Of a stretch of 64,000 bases of DNA, positions 35,101 through 48,216 are shown one piece after another. Numbering within the stretch: position 1 is the first letter of the stretch; every line of letters starts with the position of its first letter. Under the pieces are notes generated by a model. It was not told the origin of the DNA. It worked only from the letters and a program-made list of their open reading frames with translations, and made no database searches. This stretch comes from Phoronis australis (lineage: Eukaryota > Animalia > Phoronida), in contig NMRA01000206.1 of the NCBI GenBank assembly GCA_002633005.1, positions 471,203 through 535,202 of the forward strand. The letters run 5' to 3'. The position numbers and the translations under genes were made by a program.

Positions 35101-38100
35101 NNNNNNNNNNNNNNNNNNNNNNNNNNNNNNNNNNNNNNNNNNNNNNNNNNNNNNNNNNNNNNNNNNNNNNNNNNNNNNNNNNNNNNNNNNNNNNNNNNNN
35201 NNNNNNNNNNNNNNNNNNNNNNNNNNNNNNNNNNNNNNNNNNNNNNNNNNNNNNNNNNNNNNNNNNNNNNNNNNNNNNNNNNNNNNNNNNNNNNNNNNNN
35301 NNNNNNNNNNNNNNNNNNNNNNNNNNNNNNNNNNNNNNNNNNNNNNNNNNNNNNNNNNNNNNNNNNNNNNNNNNNNNNNNNNNNNNNNNNNNNNNNNNNN
35401 NNNNNNNNNNNNNNNNNNNNNNNNNNNNNNNNNNNNNNNNNNNNNNNNNNNNNNNNNNNNNNNNNNNNNNNNNNNNNNNNNNNNNNNNNNNNNNNNNNNN
35501 NNNNNNNNNNNNNNNNNNNNNNNNNNNNNNNNNNNNNNNNNNNNNNNNNNNNNNNNNNNNNNNNNNNNNNNNNNNCTTTATATATAGTTTACAGTGAACA
35601 ACACGTTTAGCTTATTTTATTGTTAAATGTATAAGTTTACCGTGTTGTTTGGAACTGAAATCATTTTTGATAGCCACCAGCCCGAACAAATTCCGGTGAC
35701 GCACATTTTGACATTCAAAAGGTTTCCCTTTCGATCGATCACAATCAACACGGCTTTCAAATTGTCTCGTTCGCATGTTTAACCTGTATTGCAGCTGGGT
35801 AGAGTCGTGAGGGGTCGAAACAGGGCATCTCCTCGTCCGTCGTGACACACGACTGCCACTGAACTCATTCTGAACACAACACTAATGAATTCCTTTTTGA
35901 TACCACTTGAGCATCTAGTAGAAAAGAAAGTTCGTGGTGCTTGTCTTTGTACTTTGCAAGTAAACCATCTTTGGCCAACAACCAAATTGTCGAGCTCAGG
36001 TGACCTGAATTAAATATTTTTTAATATTCTTCATTTTCACAATTTAAACAACCAACAACTGGAATCTGTGATTTCCTTACCTTACTTTACAATGGTTTAG
36101 TAGAAGGTTCAACAAAGGTAAATATAGCGATCGAATTGGGTTTAATACAGACAACAACAACAACAACAACAACAACAGCAACAACATCAACAAAATTTGC
36201 GCTTGAACGCGCTGAGTAATAAAACACGTAGAACACGAAATTTCAGTACATTTCTGAAGAAAAAAGAGAGAATCATACAAAAAATCAACATTTGAACTGT
36301 ACTTAGATCCTTCAATGAGGAACTTGTCTAGTTCTAAATTCGTTCAATACATGCATTTCCTGGAACAGTAACGCAACCCATTTACTTTTTTCAATGAAAT
36401 TAAATTCAGAGGTTTACCATTGAGACGTTGTTTCTTATAAACAGAGTTGGCAAAATTAAATTTTGAACTCGTTGACTTCTCCACATATTTCCCAATAAAA
36501 TCGCAACTATTTTGGTAACAACAAAAGACGACACAATATCCTCGATTGTGTTCCAGTATTTGAATCCTACAAGACCACACTGCCTGTATATACGAAACAA
36601 AGCCTCAGATTCCCAATTAAAGGAGGTACGCACAGGGGGTTACTGATCCGAATTACAACAAGACACGTGTCTTCCTACGTTTTTCATTTATGACAAACAG
36701 CTTCTAGGTACACATGAAAATTCTAAAACTTTGGTGTAAAATAGAACTTTTGGGAAATCAAAAGATACATTATAAAAGTCCTCGTCCAATGGGGGTAGGT
36801 GGTTGGACTTTTCTCGAGGGCAATATCCCTTGAAGTCTATAAAAACATGTAAAAATTATGCCTGTGAAGACTATCACTTAGTACTCCATCGAAATGTTTA
36901 TTGTCCGGGTCTATTCTTTGTAATCGAAATAGATGACGTTTTTAGTTTTACTTCTTGCCAAATCACGATAAATGTCTACCACTCAAGGAAGTAGAACAGG
37001 AAATGCCAAAAATATCGATTTCGAAAACGAGGCTCTCTTCACCAGCATGCTCTTCCAAAACAGTGTCATAGTTTTCTTTTGCTAAGAATTGGAAATGGTG
37101 AGAATAAAACATGTGTTATTCTTCTGTCGACCACGCTGCTTCCGTCGCCAACGCCACGTGACAAGCAATCTTGAAGGTCATGTACAACCTGATGAACAAA
37201 TCTACACATTTAACCAAATATAGAATTTACTATTTAACTTAGAAAAACGTAAGTATTTTCAGAAAGTAAAACAATAGGATTAATGAACATGACGACCAAA
37301 TTTCGTGTGATTTAAATGTTCAAGATACGACCTCAAGAACGATGTCACAAGTTTCTAAATTATCGTTTCGTTTTCGTTTTATGCAACTTTAGAAAATTCA
37401 TAGAAATCACATGAGTTATATTTTTGATAGCCCCTCATGCAAAATAGAACATTATAAAACAGTTCCTAGCTGTATTTTAGAGAACAGTTTCATGGGAATC
37501 CGATCGGCCATTTCTGAGACATGATATTCCGAGGTTGGCCAAAAGTGGACAATTTTAAGTTTCTAGGGTCCTCCACATGCTTCACATAATTCAAATTGCG
37601 CTTGGTTTGCTGTAATAAACACGTGTCAGTTCCTCTTAAAGAGACATGGAACGCCAAAGCTTGTCAAAAATATTTTCAAACCATTCTCGCAAAGTCCACT
37701 AAAGAGTTATTCACTTTGCCCTGTGAGGGAGTTTTCAGAAAAAAATAACAAAATTTATGATTTTTGAAATGCGCAAAGGAAAACTCTATAGTCACCACAG
37801 GGTTTCAAATGATAAATATGCGCATGCGCTCACAATCATTCGACAAACAGCTGAGATGGATATTTTAAACGGCATATTATCATATGTGATCGCATTTGGA
37901 ATCTGAGTTCGACAACACAGTATGGGGCAAGCCAGTGAAGCAAGCGATTTCCCAGAATGAATTCCAAATATATTTTACAATATATTTGAATACTATGATA
38001 CCTTTGTAAATGATTTTAAACAGTTAGGACTTACATCAATTGCTTCTTAATCGGACTGACTGCTGCTTAAAGTCATCAGTTTTGTTAGCATCAAAGGTCA

Positions 38101-39643
38101 AAGGTCACATTTTCCATATAAATGAAAACTGTTGCGTTTATATGTCTTGAGATACCAAATAAGGAGGCGAAGTGACGATCAGTGGACAGATCATTTTCTG
38201 AAATCTTAAACTTAAGAAAAATGCTTTGACTTCAACAGAAGTTCAAAATTTTTACGAACAAACCGTGAAAATATCTGGTGAACAGTTTGAATCCTGTTTC
38301 ATCGCTGGCAGAGAACCACTTTGAATAATGCAATTTAACCTGCTTTTGGCGTTCCAAGCCTCAATAAGGCTAGCAAATATTTATAATCTCAGTAATGCAC
38401 ACAAAAATGCCGCTTTTTAGGCAAGTGGCCAAAAAATGTTTGTTTTCATTCGGCCCGGGTGTATTACACCCGTATTCGTGGAAGTCTGCGCACTGACTTC
38501 GTTAAACCATTTCCTGTTTCCACAAGTCAATTTGTGTGCCAGTATCATAGCTCATCCTTGTTGGTGAGAAAGCTATCGAAGGCTGTATCGAAATCTCCCT
38601 CAACCATTTCATCAATTTTTCGTTCTATGTATGATTTCAATTTCCGTAAGCTCTTTCGGCAGCTTTCGTTGGCTGGGGTCACAACTTTCACGTTCCTTGA
38701 TGAGTCTGACGAGGAACAAGGTTTAGAAAAAGAGTCTGCAGCTGCTTCGAGAAGTCGTTCGTCATCTATCCCGGTGGCTAGGAGTTCGTCTATCAGATCA
38801 CGGTCTTCAGCTAAACCTCCTAGCTTGATAGGTGAGACCTTCGGCGAAAGTTCTCTCCCACTGCCGTTAGCACTCATGTCGTCCGACTTGTCGCTTGATA
38901 TGTCGAGAATAAAGTCGATTTCTTCATCAAGATACCCGTAATCGTTATCAAATTCCACGATGTTCAAATCGGACGGACTTGATGTTTCGTTCTGGTTTGC
39001 AGTGTGACGTTCCTGCGACACAGTAAAAGCAGACGACACCATCTCATCGAAATTGACTAATGTAGGGCTGGGTGGAGTCGAAGCTGGTTGGTGTACAATT
39101 TCGTCTGCAACATTTTCGCACGACGACGTTGATTCGACGACTTCTTGGTTCTCCAGTGATGCGATTGTGTTATGAGTCGTATTCTCTCCAAAAGGTGCCG
39201 CTTCAGTCGAAGACTGCAAATTTTCGTTCGCGTACCAGAACTCCTACAATTAAACAAAAAAAGGAGAATGAATGGATTCAGAACTTGCATATAAAAGGAA
39301 AATTCAGTATGAGATTTTACTCACAAAACAGGACTTTTGCTTTTTAGGTCTGAAATCCCCAAACCAAAACAACTAAACCCATTTCAAAAAAGAAACCTCC
39401 GTGATGTTTTTTACTAATAACAGCTGGGTTATTGCTGTCTAAAACGTGTTCCGTGGGGATAACGGTTTTTACGTCATAACAATGAACTACTGTAGAGTAG
39501 AGTCAAGTATGCGTGTGATTTGTAGCAACGTTTCCTAAAGGACAACAAGTTATAGAAAACGGAAATTAAAAAGCAGGTAATACGCGTACTTGTTCCCAGA
39601 GGTACGCTGTGATCGAATCAATATGTTTTCAAATCCCAGTTTA
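32163..39643. other. Near-identical direct duplication either side of an N gap (32163-34803 vs 35576-39643), with a ~1.43-kb indel
   Basis: Identical 224-aa ORFs at 33705-34379 and 38545-39219; copy 2 carries the extra segment 36292-37723. Confidence 0.9.
38545..39243 (-). pseudogene. Acidic low-complexity exon-like ORF (EFWYANENLQSS...FDTAFDSFL), probably a transposon-associated gene relic; duplicate at 33705-34403
   Basis: Strong acceptor ttttgtttaattgtag, ~230 open codons ending in a stop, no recognised domain. Confidence 0.4.
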
Positions 39644-42600
39644 TCTCATCGTAAATGAAATATGGGTGAAAGAATTAAAACACATGGTAAAGGAAAATTC
39701 TGTAACGTACAATTTCAACACGCATGGGCAGAGTAACAAACCGCGGACAGTATTATGTACAAAGAGTTCATGAGTTAAGTTAAAACTCCATATTTAATAA
39801 ATCTTAACCCAAATGTATTTATTAACTCAAAGCTATTTAATCCCTCTACAACTGGATGATCTTGAAATCAATAAATTATAGATCCGCACTTCTGATATTT
39901 TCATATGGAATCCCCAGAAGAGGCGTCACTTTCCGGTTACTGGGCTGACGACTTACTTGCCGAAAGTAAAATCATGACTTAAGTAGTCGCCGCTAGGGAA
40001 TAGTGACTTCACGGCCAACAATTTTGGTCGTGACTTGTGCGTACTATAACAGATTTTGCCCATTGCTAATATACAGTGTTGGGGGTTCATGTACTATAGT
40101 CTGTGGTGAAACCTACCTCTTCCCAGCGTTTTCTCTCCGAAGCTGCTTTTCCACTCAGCCTCAAACTCTGAAGTATAGAGCTGCTAAGTGCCGACTGCTC
40201 ACCGATCCCTGACTTATACAAGACTTTTTGAACCGCTGAGTTTTGCTTTTTTAAGCTACTAAGCTTACCCTGTAATAGAAAGTAAAGTGTTACAATTTAG
40301 GCTCCTTTCACAAAAGTAAAGTTAAAGATCTACTACCGCCTGTAAAAAGAACCCTAAGTGACCAGTCACCAACTGGGCACTTGCGCGATAGATTTCATGA
40401 ATCGATATCATTCATTCTTTGGCGCTCCATAAGCGAAGTTTTTTTTCGCCAAAATGCATGGCTAATGCCTAGGCTCTATGGACCTCTCTCTGACGTCACA
40501 AGTCTGTCAGAATCTCACAATTTCTCCACCTTTTCGAGGAAATGAAGAACAGTAATTAAGAGTTCTAAACTGCAGGAGAGACTGCATAATTTTTCTTACT
40601 ACCACACACGTATCATTAGACCTAGTGGAATATCTTTGGACACTCGAGACATTTAAACAAAATACTGTGGTATGCTGCATATAATATTTGAAAGGCCTTT
40701 AAAGAAACGTTTGAACAAAATCATTTAATAATATCCACGGTGAAACCAGTGAAAATAGCAATTCTCAACTGAAAAACAAACTGAGTGTTTAAAATAAAGC
40801 TGCACATCTACGTATCCAGTATGTCGTGTATTATATGAGACTATATCATTCGCATGACATTCAAAGAGCCAAACAGATGAAGTGCGCCTATATCGGGAAT
40901 ATCACTTTCAAGAATGGTTGCACTGTGGTTCACGTAAAGGCGCATGCACCTAATTCCAGATATAAGCCCAATTTTGAACGAATACAGGAACATGGTCCTA
41001 AAATTGCGTACGTCTTGTAAATTATTAAAGAACTGGCGAAGCGGGCTTAACGATTGTAAAATGTGATAACGGTATAATACAATCAAAATTAAACATTTTT
41101 TAAAGTGAGCAGTCATAAATCTTGCATTACGAAAATTCCACATTTGATCCTTTTAGTATTCTAAGCCTACATCTTCATGTTCACCCGGTCGTTAAGTTAG
41201 AAAGAGTGATTTACAGTATCTCGAAAATTCATAACAGCGTGCTGTTGGTTAGTAACTTGAGACATGTTTAACTAGTTAACATTCGTGTGTGAATAAACTA
41301 CACGTCGAACTCTTTATCTTGCACGTAGCCTTACATGTATAATGTGCTTTTCTTACACGGGCCTTACAGAAGCTGTTGCAAAATCCATGCGCAATTCCTT
41401 GAATTTGACAAACTGTGTCATGATTCACTTTTCCGATAAAGTGTACTTTAGAACAGACACTACCTTAACGGGACATTATATTTTTTGCGGCTTAAATTTG
41501 CAATTTGGGGATTATAGTTGAATGGTGTAGGATTCTTGAGGTTATATTTAACCAGCGTTATAGAACAACAACACAATCCGTTTTGTATTTGTGAATTTTT
41601 TACATATCGCCAATTCTCGCCGAGGTCTGCGAGACATTAACTGAAATCAATGTCTTTGCCGGCCCTTTTTAAACGTGATATCATCATAATGCAGTCACAA
41701 CGTCACAATGCAACCAATACATCATTTAAAAATAGTCTAAAAATACTGTAAGTTGAAGGGCGTGAAAGTAGGTTCAGCGGTAAACCTTCCGGTTGCTACA
41801 GCGAAATGCCCCTTTAAAGCCTAATTGCGCTTGTATTCAAGTCAATGTTTGATTTCACTGTGCAAATTAGTAAATCGAAAATCGATTAGAAAACCAAATT
41901 AAGATAGACAGTTAAAATGTTTGACTGCACCTTCTGGGCCACAGTTTTTTGTTCATGTGTAAAATTGGACAAATCTTTTAAGATTAAAAGTTACGTCAAC
42001 CTAGCTTGAACTTGTGACCAGTGTGTTTTAAAACTCTAGATGGTGAAACACAGTATATAGCTTATTGGGTAAGGATAAATTAAGAAAGATGACATCATTC
42101 GTTTTCATAAATACGGCTAACTGAAACTGTATTTTTATACATATAAAGTTTGATTGACAGACTTTCCTTCAAATACGTTCAATTTCAGAGGCCAAACACG
42201 ACGAAAACAACCAGTTTCCGTCCTGCTTAACATTTCAGTTTATTCCAGCCAGTATTTTATGATAATGAAGACACCGCTAATGCGATAATTGTCTTCTTCA
42301 ACACAAAGGAAGCTTAATGAACTTGCGTGACATCACGGGCGGACACCGACACCTAGAGAAACACTGTCCAACTACAAGATGCCACTGAACAGTCCGGTTT
42401 CCTAATAAATCTGGCACCATTCACGCAATTAATTATTTTCTAAATGGATAAAAATAACTCAAGCTAAATGAAAATAAGGTTTTATTCGAAATAGTATCAA
42501 AATTTCTTTTTAATATTAAATATCTTTGTGTGAGTCGATAAAATCGTATACATGTAAAATAACATATTATGTATGAAAATAATTAATTTATATTCGTAAT

Positions 42601-42645
42601 CATATGATTGTTATTGTAATCTTCGCATCAGTTTATTAACTTATG

Positions 42646-42796
42646 CATGCGCGCACCGAGCCTTCGATATGGGGGGAGGGCTACCTCTGTGAATTGCACG
42701 TTTGCGTTTATTTAGTGGACTTTTTGTCTCTCGGGGGCGGACCTTTTTGCTCACTTCGCCAATTCGAGCCCCCCGACCCCCCTGGGTGCGCGCATG
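42646..42796. mobile_element. Short MITE with 5-bp TSD
   Basis: TIR CATGCGCGCACC...GGTGCGCGCATG, TSD TTATG (42641-42645 / 42797-42801). Confidence 0.8.
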
Positions 42797-43849
42797 TTAT
42801 GTATTTGCGTATAATTGTAGATACATTTTGTATTTGTTTAGCCTCTTGACGCTTTCTGGGTCTGTATGTTTATTATACTGACTATTTCATGATAAACATT
42901 AAAAAAAAAAACATTCACGCAAAATCGTAAGTTCTCAGTACTCCAACTGACAGAAAAAAGCGAGTAATTTGGACTTAGTAACTGTACGATGGTACATATG
43001 AACAACAATTGAAAACATAACATTAATAATTCTGGATCATTGAACATAAATTCGTTCATTGTCAAAGGAAAATTAAAGACAACTTTTCCGCTTCATTTTA
43101 TTACAAATTTTATAAAACAAGTTTGAACACAAATTAGTTCACTTGCAACGTAAACCAAAGTAATGCTAATTCAAGACAAGTTAACATATTGACAGAATTG
43201 ACTAAATTTAATATGAATTCTTTAAGTTAATTTTTATTTTGGTGGTGTACCACCAACTAAAATGACCCTCTTAGTGAGTGACATCTGACTCATGCATTAT
43301 AAAGACACATTCAAGTGTCACCATGTGTTATGAAATTCCCGCGGGAACCCGACCACTAACAACTATGATTCATAGTAAAATAAGGCAAACACAGACAGAG
43401 CTGAAAGTTAGACATTGTTTATATTAAAGTAATACCTTTCGATTGATGACAGTCACCGTGTGATCTATACTGATGAATGTAAAGACAAAAAGTGTTACTG
43501 TTGTTCATGTCTCCTGGAGGGCGCGGTAAAAATTAAAAATAGAAGAGCACGCAGTGTTAGGAATGACCAGTTGTCGATTTGGGCAAATGGACGAAGAACT
43601 GCTCCAAGAAAAAGTTTCGAGAGTATTTGTTCGAGTTAAAATTAATTGAAAAATCGACGACCTCTGTACGCAAAAGATGCTTATAACAACGTGGCCTTGT
43701 TCTTTTCATCAGCGTGAGACATAATTTATCGAAAAGCTTCCGGCGTATGCAGCAGCTAGTTATATGAGCTTCAACATCTGGAAGGCCGGTCGAGACGGGA
43801 ATCACTGTCTAGTCTACAACCGAGCCAGTGAATTAAAGTCAGGGGCCAA

Positions 43850-45546
43850 CGACAACGACTTATTTAACGAAGCTCAGGCTGGTTTTAGAAAGGGGTATAG
43901 TACAATAGACCAAATTTTTACCTTACAAGGAATTGTTCATAAGTACTTGAGTAAGCGCAGGGGCAGATTTTATGCTATATACGTGGATTTTTTCTCGGGC
44001 CTTTGACAGCATTTCACATAAATTTTTGTGGAATAGGCTTCAAAAAATAGGAATACATGGTAGTGTTTTAAAATTGATGAAAAGTATGTATTCAAAGCTA
44101 AGAGCGTGTGTAAGAACTGAGCGTGGGTTAACTGACTTTTTCAGTGGTACTCGCCAAGGGTGTATGCTTAGTCCTTTTTTATTTAGTATGTATTTGAACG
44201 AGTTTGTTGATTACTTAAGAGAATCTTTAATTAGCGGAATTTACGTAAATGAGAATGTGCCTCAAATTTGTATGTTGCTATACGCTGATGATATGGTTGG
44301 TTGTGCAGAGACAGCATTTAAACTACAGCAACAAATTAACGCTCTGCATGAATACTGTCAGGATTGGGGTATGAAAGTCAACCTTACAAAAACAAAAATA
44401 ATGGTATTTAGAAAGGGCGGACCATTGAGAAAATACGAAAAATGGCATTTTGGAAATGACAAAATTGATGTCGTCTCATCATATAAGTACCTGGGTATTT
44501 GCCTTACACCTAAGTTAGTCTGGACGCAAGCTACGGAAACTTTGTCTCACCAGGCACAGAAAGCAATTTTTTCAATNACATAAACGTTTTCAGTCAAAAT
44601 GTGGACGACTTTCACCTAAAATTGCACTCGAGATTTTTGATAAAATGGTATACCCAATCATTAGCTATGGAAGTGAGATTTGGGGATTTAAAGAATACTC
44701 TAGTATCGAGCGCGTCCAATTGAAATTCTGTAAGCAACTGCTGGGTGTTGGAAGTAACTGTCCAAATCATGCTGTCCTGGGAGAACTGGGAAGGTATCCA
44801 ATTTATGTAAAGCTGTTTGTTAAACTGATCAAGTATTGGTTTAAATTGTTAAAAATGCCAGCACATCGAAATCCGAAATCTGTCTATGACAAGCTTGTCA
44901 CATTGGATGAGGCTGGTAGGAAAAATTGGGCTTCATCTGTTAGGAATTTGCTGCAAAGGTATGGTTTTGGTTTGGTATGGTACAATCAGGGAGTTGGCTG
45001 CGAAGCATCGTTTCTTGTCATTTTTGAGCAGCGAATTAAAGATTGTTTTTTACAAGACTGGAGCTTTGCTGTGGAGAATAGCTCAAAACTTAATACATAT
45101 TTCTCATTTAAAATTGATTTTGAAATGGAATCCTATCTGTTGCGTGATATTCCATATATCTTTTTAGCAGCTATGGCTAAATTACGTTGCTCCAACCACA
45201 ACTTGATGATAGAGAAAAGTAGACATACTTCGTGGACCAAAAATACCGTGTGTGTTGTTTCTGTGTGTCCCTAATTGAAGATGAATACCATTTTATATGT
45301 GTTTGTAAAATGTACTGCTCTCTGAGAACTGCATTTATACCTGAGTGGTGCTGGCGTGAACCAAATAAACATAAATTTGTAAAACTTATGAAAATGTCGG
45401 AGCCCATTGCTCAGATTAATCTAATGAAATTTGTATTTCACGCCACTGCTCTCAGGGAAAAGCTGCTCAGCGTTATCCTGTAAATTTCATGTAACATGTG
45501 GGCCAAGGCCTTAAATGTTGAAATACATGAACACATGAATACATGA
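43850..45546 (+). mobile_element. 5'-truncated, frameshifted non-LTR retrotransposon (RTE-X-like), RT plus C-terminal region
   Basis: EAQAGFRKGYSTIDQIFTL, VDFSRAFDSI, GTRQGCMLSPFLF, LLYADD, KVNLTKTKIMVF, YKYLG, YGSEIWG, ELGRYP, C-terminal C..C..IEDEYHF..C; 3' tail of A(T/C)ACATGA repeats at ~45522-45547. Confidence 0.92.
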
Positions 45547-47350
45547 AAATTAAAATCAGACTACTCGGATCTATTCCGTCAACTGAAGAGCACTGACTTA
45601 AAGATTGTACGTAACTGCATACATGCAACTTGTTAGATATTTAAATGATGGCATACCCTTTTAGCGTAAGATCAAGGGCCCTTGCCTAACACAAAATACT
45701 CGCAACTGATCGCTAATAAGACCGAGTGGTTCCATTGGAGTAAATGACGAGATCTCACGAGGATCTGAGTGATCTCGCCAAACTCGCAAGAAATTATCCT
45801 TACCGAACGCTACCCAGTAGGCCAGTATCAATAGCTTGTCACACTTTGTTCGCTGATTGTGACATCATATTACCCGCTGACGAGAATCGTAAATGTACGG
45901 GCTCACCCGAAATCACTCTCTATAATATTTGTTAATTTCCGTATGACGTTTCCGTGTACACAATACGTAATTAAGAATGAAACGTCATCAGAGCTTTCAA
46001 AATCATCGGTTCACGTTTCTAGTGTGCATTACTTCATGCAACTTTTGATGTGAAAATCAATATTGTTGCAAAATCCCGAAAGTCACAATTTTCGACTTTA
46101 AGCAAAAGTGGAAAACTTTAAAGTTTTAAAAAAGCAATTCCTGTGAGAATTTTAGAGAACAGTGTATACACCCGCACACCCGCACGCACACCCGCACGCG
46201 CGCACGCACGCACGCGCTCAGGCACACACGCATAGACACACATGTAGACAAATATATCACGCATTTTAAAGTTTAATCTTAATCTAGTCACCCATTTCTG
46301 ATGCTCAGCAAGTAAAATGTTATTATCGGCGAGAATTGGGGATTTGTCATAAAATCACAAAAATTCACTGGCGGATTTTGTTGCTTTATATCTCTGGATT
46401 GGCTCTGGTCAAAGCTTATTACTCAAACATCCAACAACATTTCCAAGCGGGTTTTTCGACCATAACATTATTATGTCCCTTAGACATTTTTTAAAAATTG
46501 TCTGGTACTGCAGGTAACCCTAAAAACGATAGCAACTCCCAACGAATCACCAAATCCGTTTTTAAGACGGTTAGTTTTAATACTATTTCAGTAAGCTGTT
46601 TACACTAGATTTAATCATATTAATCTTGTTCACGTTTCCATCGAATTTTTATCCAACCTCTTCCAGGGTAGAGTTCAATAACGGTTGTACCTCTCTAGAA
46701 AACAAAATCTCGTTCTCGCAAGATTTGACGAGATATCGCCGTGTATTTTCAATGAGCGTACGTGATTTTGGCAACATTGTTCTCGCCGCAAAACAGCTTA
46801 ACTTAACTCCACCTTAGTATTGTGCTTCCTTAGCAGAATAGCACCACGTGACTTGCATGTGATCTGCGCTCTAAATAAGCATGACCGTGAGCACGCGGTA
46901 CTGTCGCTCAAAAGCTTACATCATCTGTAAGTTCACGTAATAACGTTTAATTGATTAATGAAAATGAGTAAGTTCGTTATTGTTCATTTTTATTAATGTA
47001 TACTGTTGTTTTGCAATTGTTAACATTAGTTTTCAAGGAAATGTTTATGAACTCGTTAAAAAAACGAAACATCTGAGGATCTGATAGTTGTTTAAAATAT
47101 ATTTTCTTCCCCATAACTTTCACACAGTTACACAAAAGCTTCGTCAATATTCGTCAATATTAGTCAACGTAGGAGAACATTCGAAGTAACTTTAAGGAAC
47201 TAGAAAAAGTTGAATTTAGTTGAAATGTTTATTGTTCGAAAAATGGTTTAATGTACAACACTATTTTTTTCTAATGGAACAACGTTGGGTAATAAAAATA
47301 GCCACGCATAAATAAAATACATCACAGGAATGAAGAAACACAAGGACACT

Positions 47351-47561
47351 AATAGCAGGCGCTTTGGCGAGTGACGTCTCATTTACAACACTATGTATTA
47401 CGAACAAAGTTCAGACGTGTCGTTACTTTGCTCAGAACATCATCAGAGCAAAACCACACGCATTTAAGGTTATGTTTTGAGCAAAGTAACGAAACCTCTG
47501 AACTTTGTTTATAGTATGTAGTGTTGTAAGTACGACATCGTTCGCCAAAGCACTTTCTATT
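47351..47561. repeat. Imperfect palindrome (~90-bp arms), MITE-like, upstream of the galactosyltransferase
   Basis: GCTTTGGCGA..TTACAACACTA..ACAAAGTTCAGA..TCGTTACTTTGCTCA is mirrored at ~47470-47552. Confidence 0.8.
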
Positions 47562-48216
47562 TGCTTTCTTTTAGATTTACTCTAAGTCCAGAATCAAAAA
47601 TACAGAATTACAGAAAAGCAAGAGTACGTTTAAGGTAGATTAAGATGGGGGAAAACGCTTGCGCACACAATATTCGATCGTTGGAGCGAACAAAAAAACT
47701 AGACTGAGTGACCCCTAGCACCCTTAACTTTGATTAACAGACATTAATTTTTTCATGCTTAACAACTTGTAGCAAATTTCATTCATAATTTTCCGTTATC
47801 TTACTGTGGATTAAAACCTGTGAAAGAAAAGGAATTTCCGATCTCATTTACGGCAACTGTCTGAATTATTTATTGCCTTTGAAATGAAACAACCAATATC
47901 GCTGATTTAAGCAAACAGTCTGGCGATAAATTCGTGTATATAGGTAGTGTCTTTTAGAAATATATGCTTGAGATATGTCAAGCGTCGATATTTTCAGAAC
48001 GATAAATTTTTATACGTTATCACGCTTATAACCCCGCAAGGTACACAAGATTCGCCCAATCGGGGCAAAGGAGCGGCAGTGTACTCAAAGTTATGCCAAG
48101 CGGAAATGAACGAAAAACTTTATCAGTAAAAACTTGTTTTACAAAGCAGAAGGCCCATATGAAGTGGCCACCCGGTGGAACAAAGGAAACGTCTCGGATC
48201 AACAGGGTAAGCCAGG

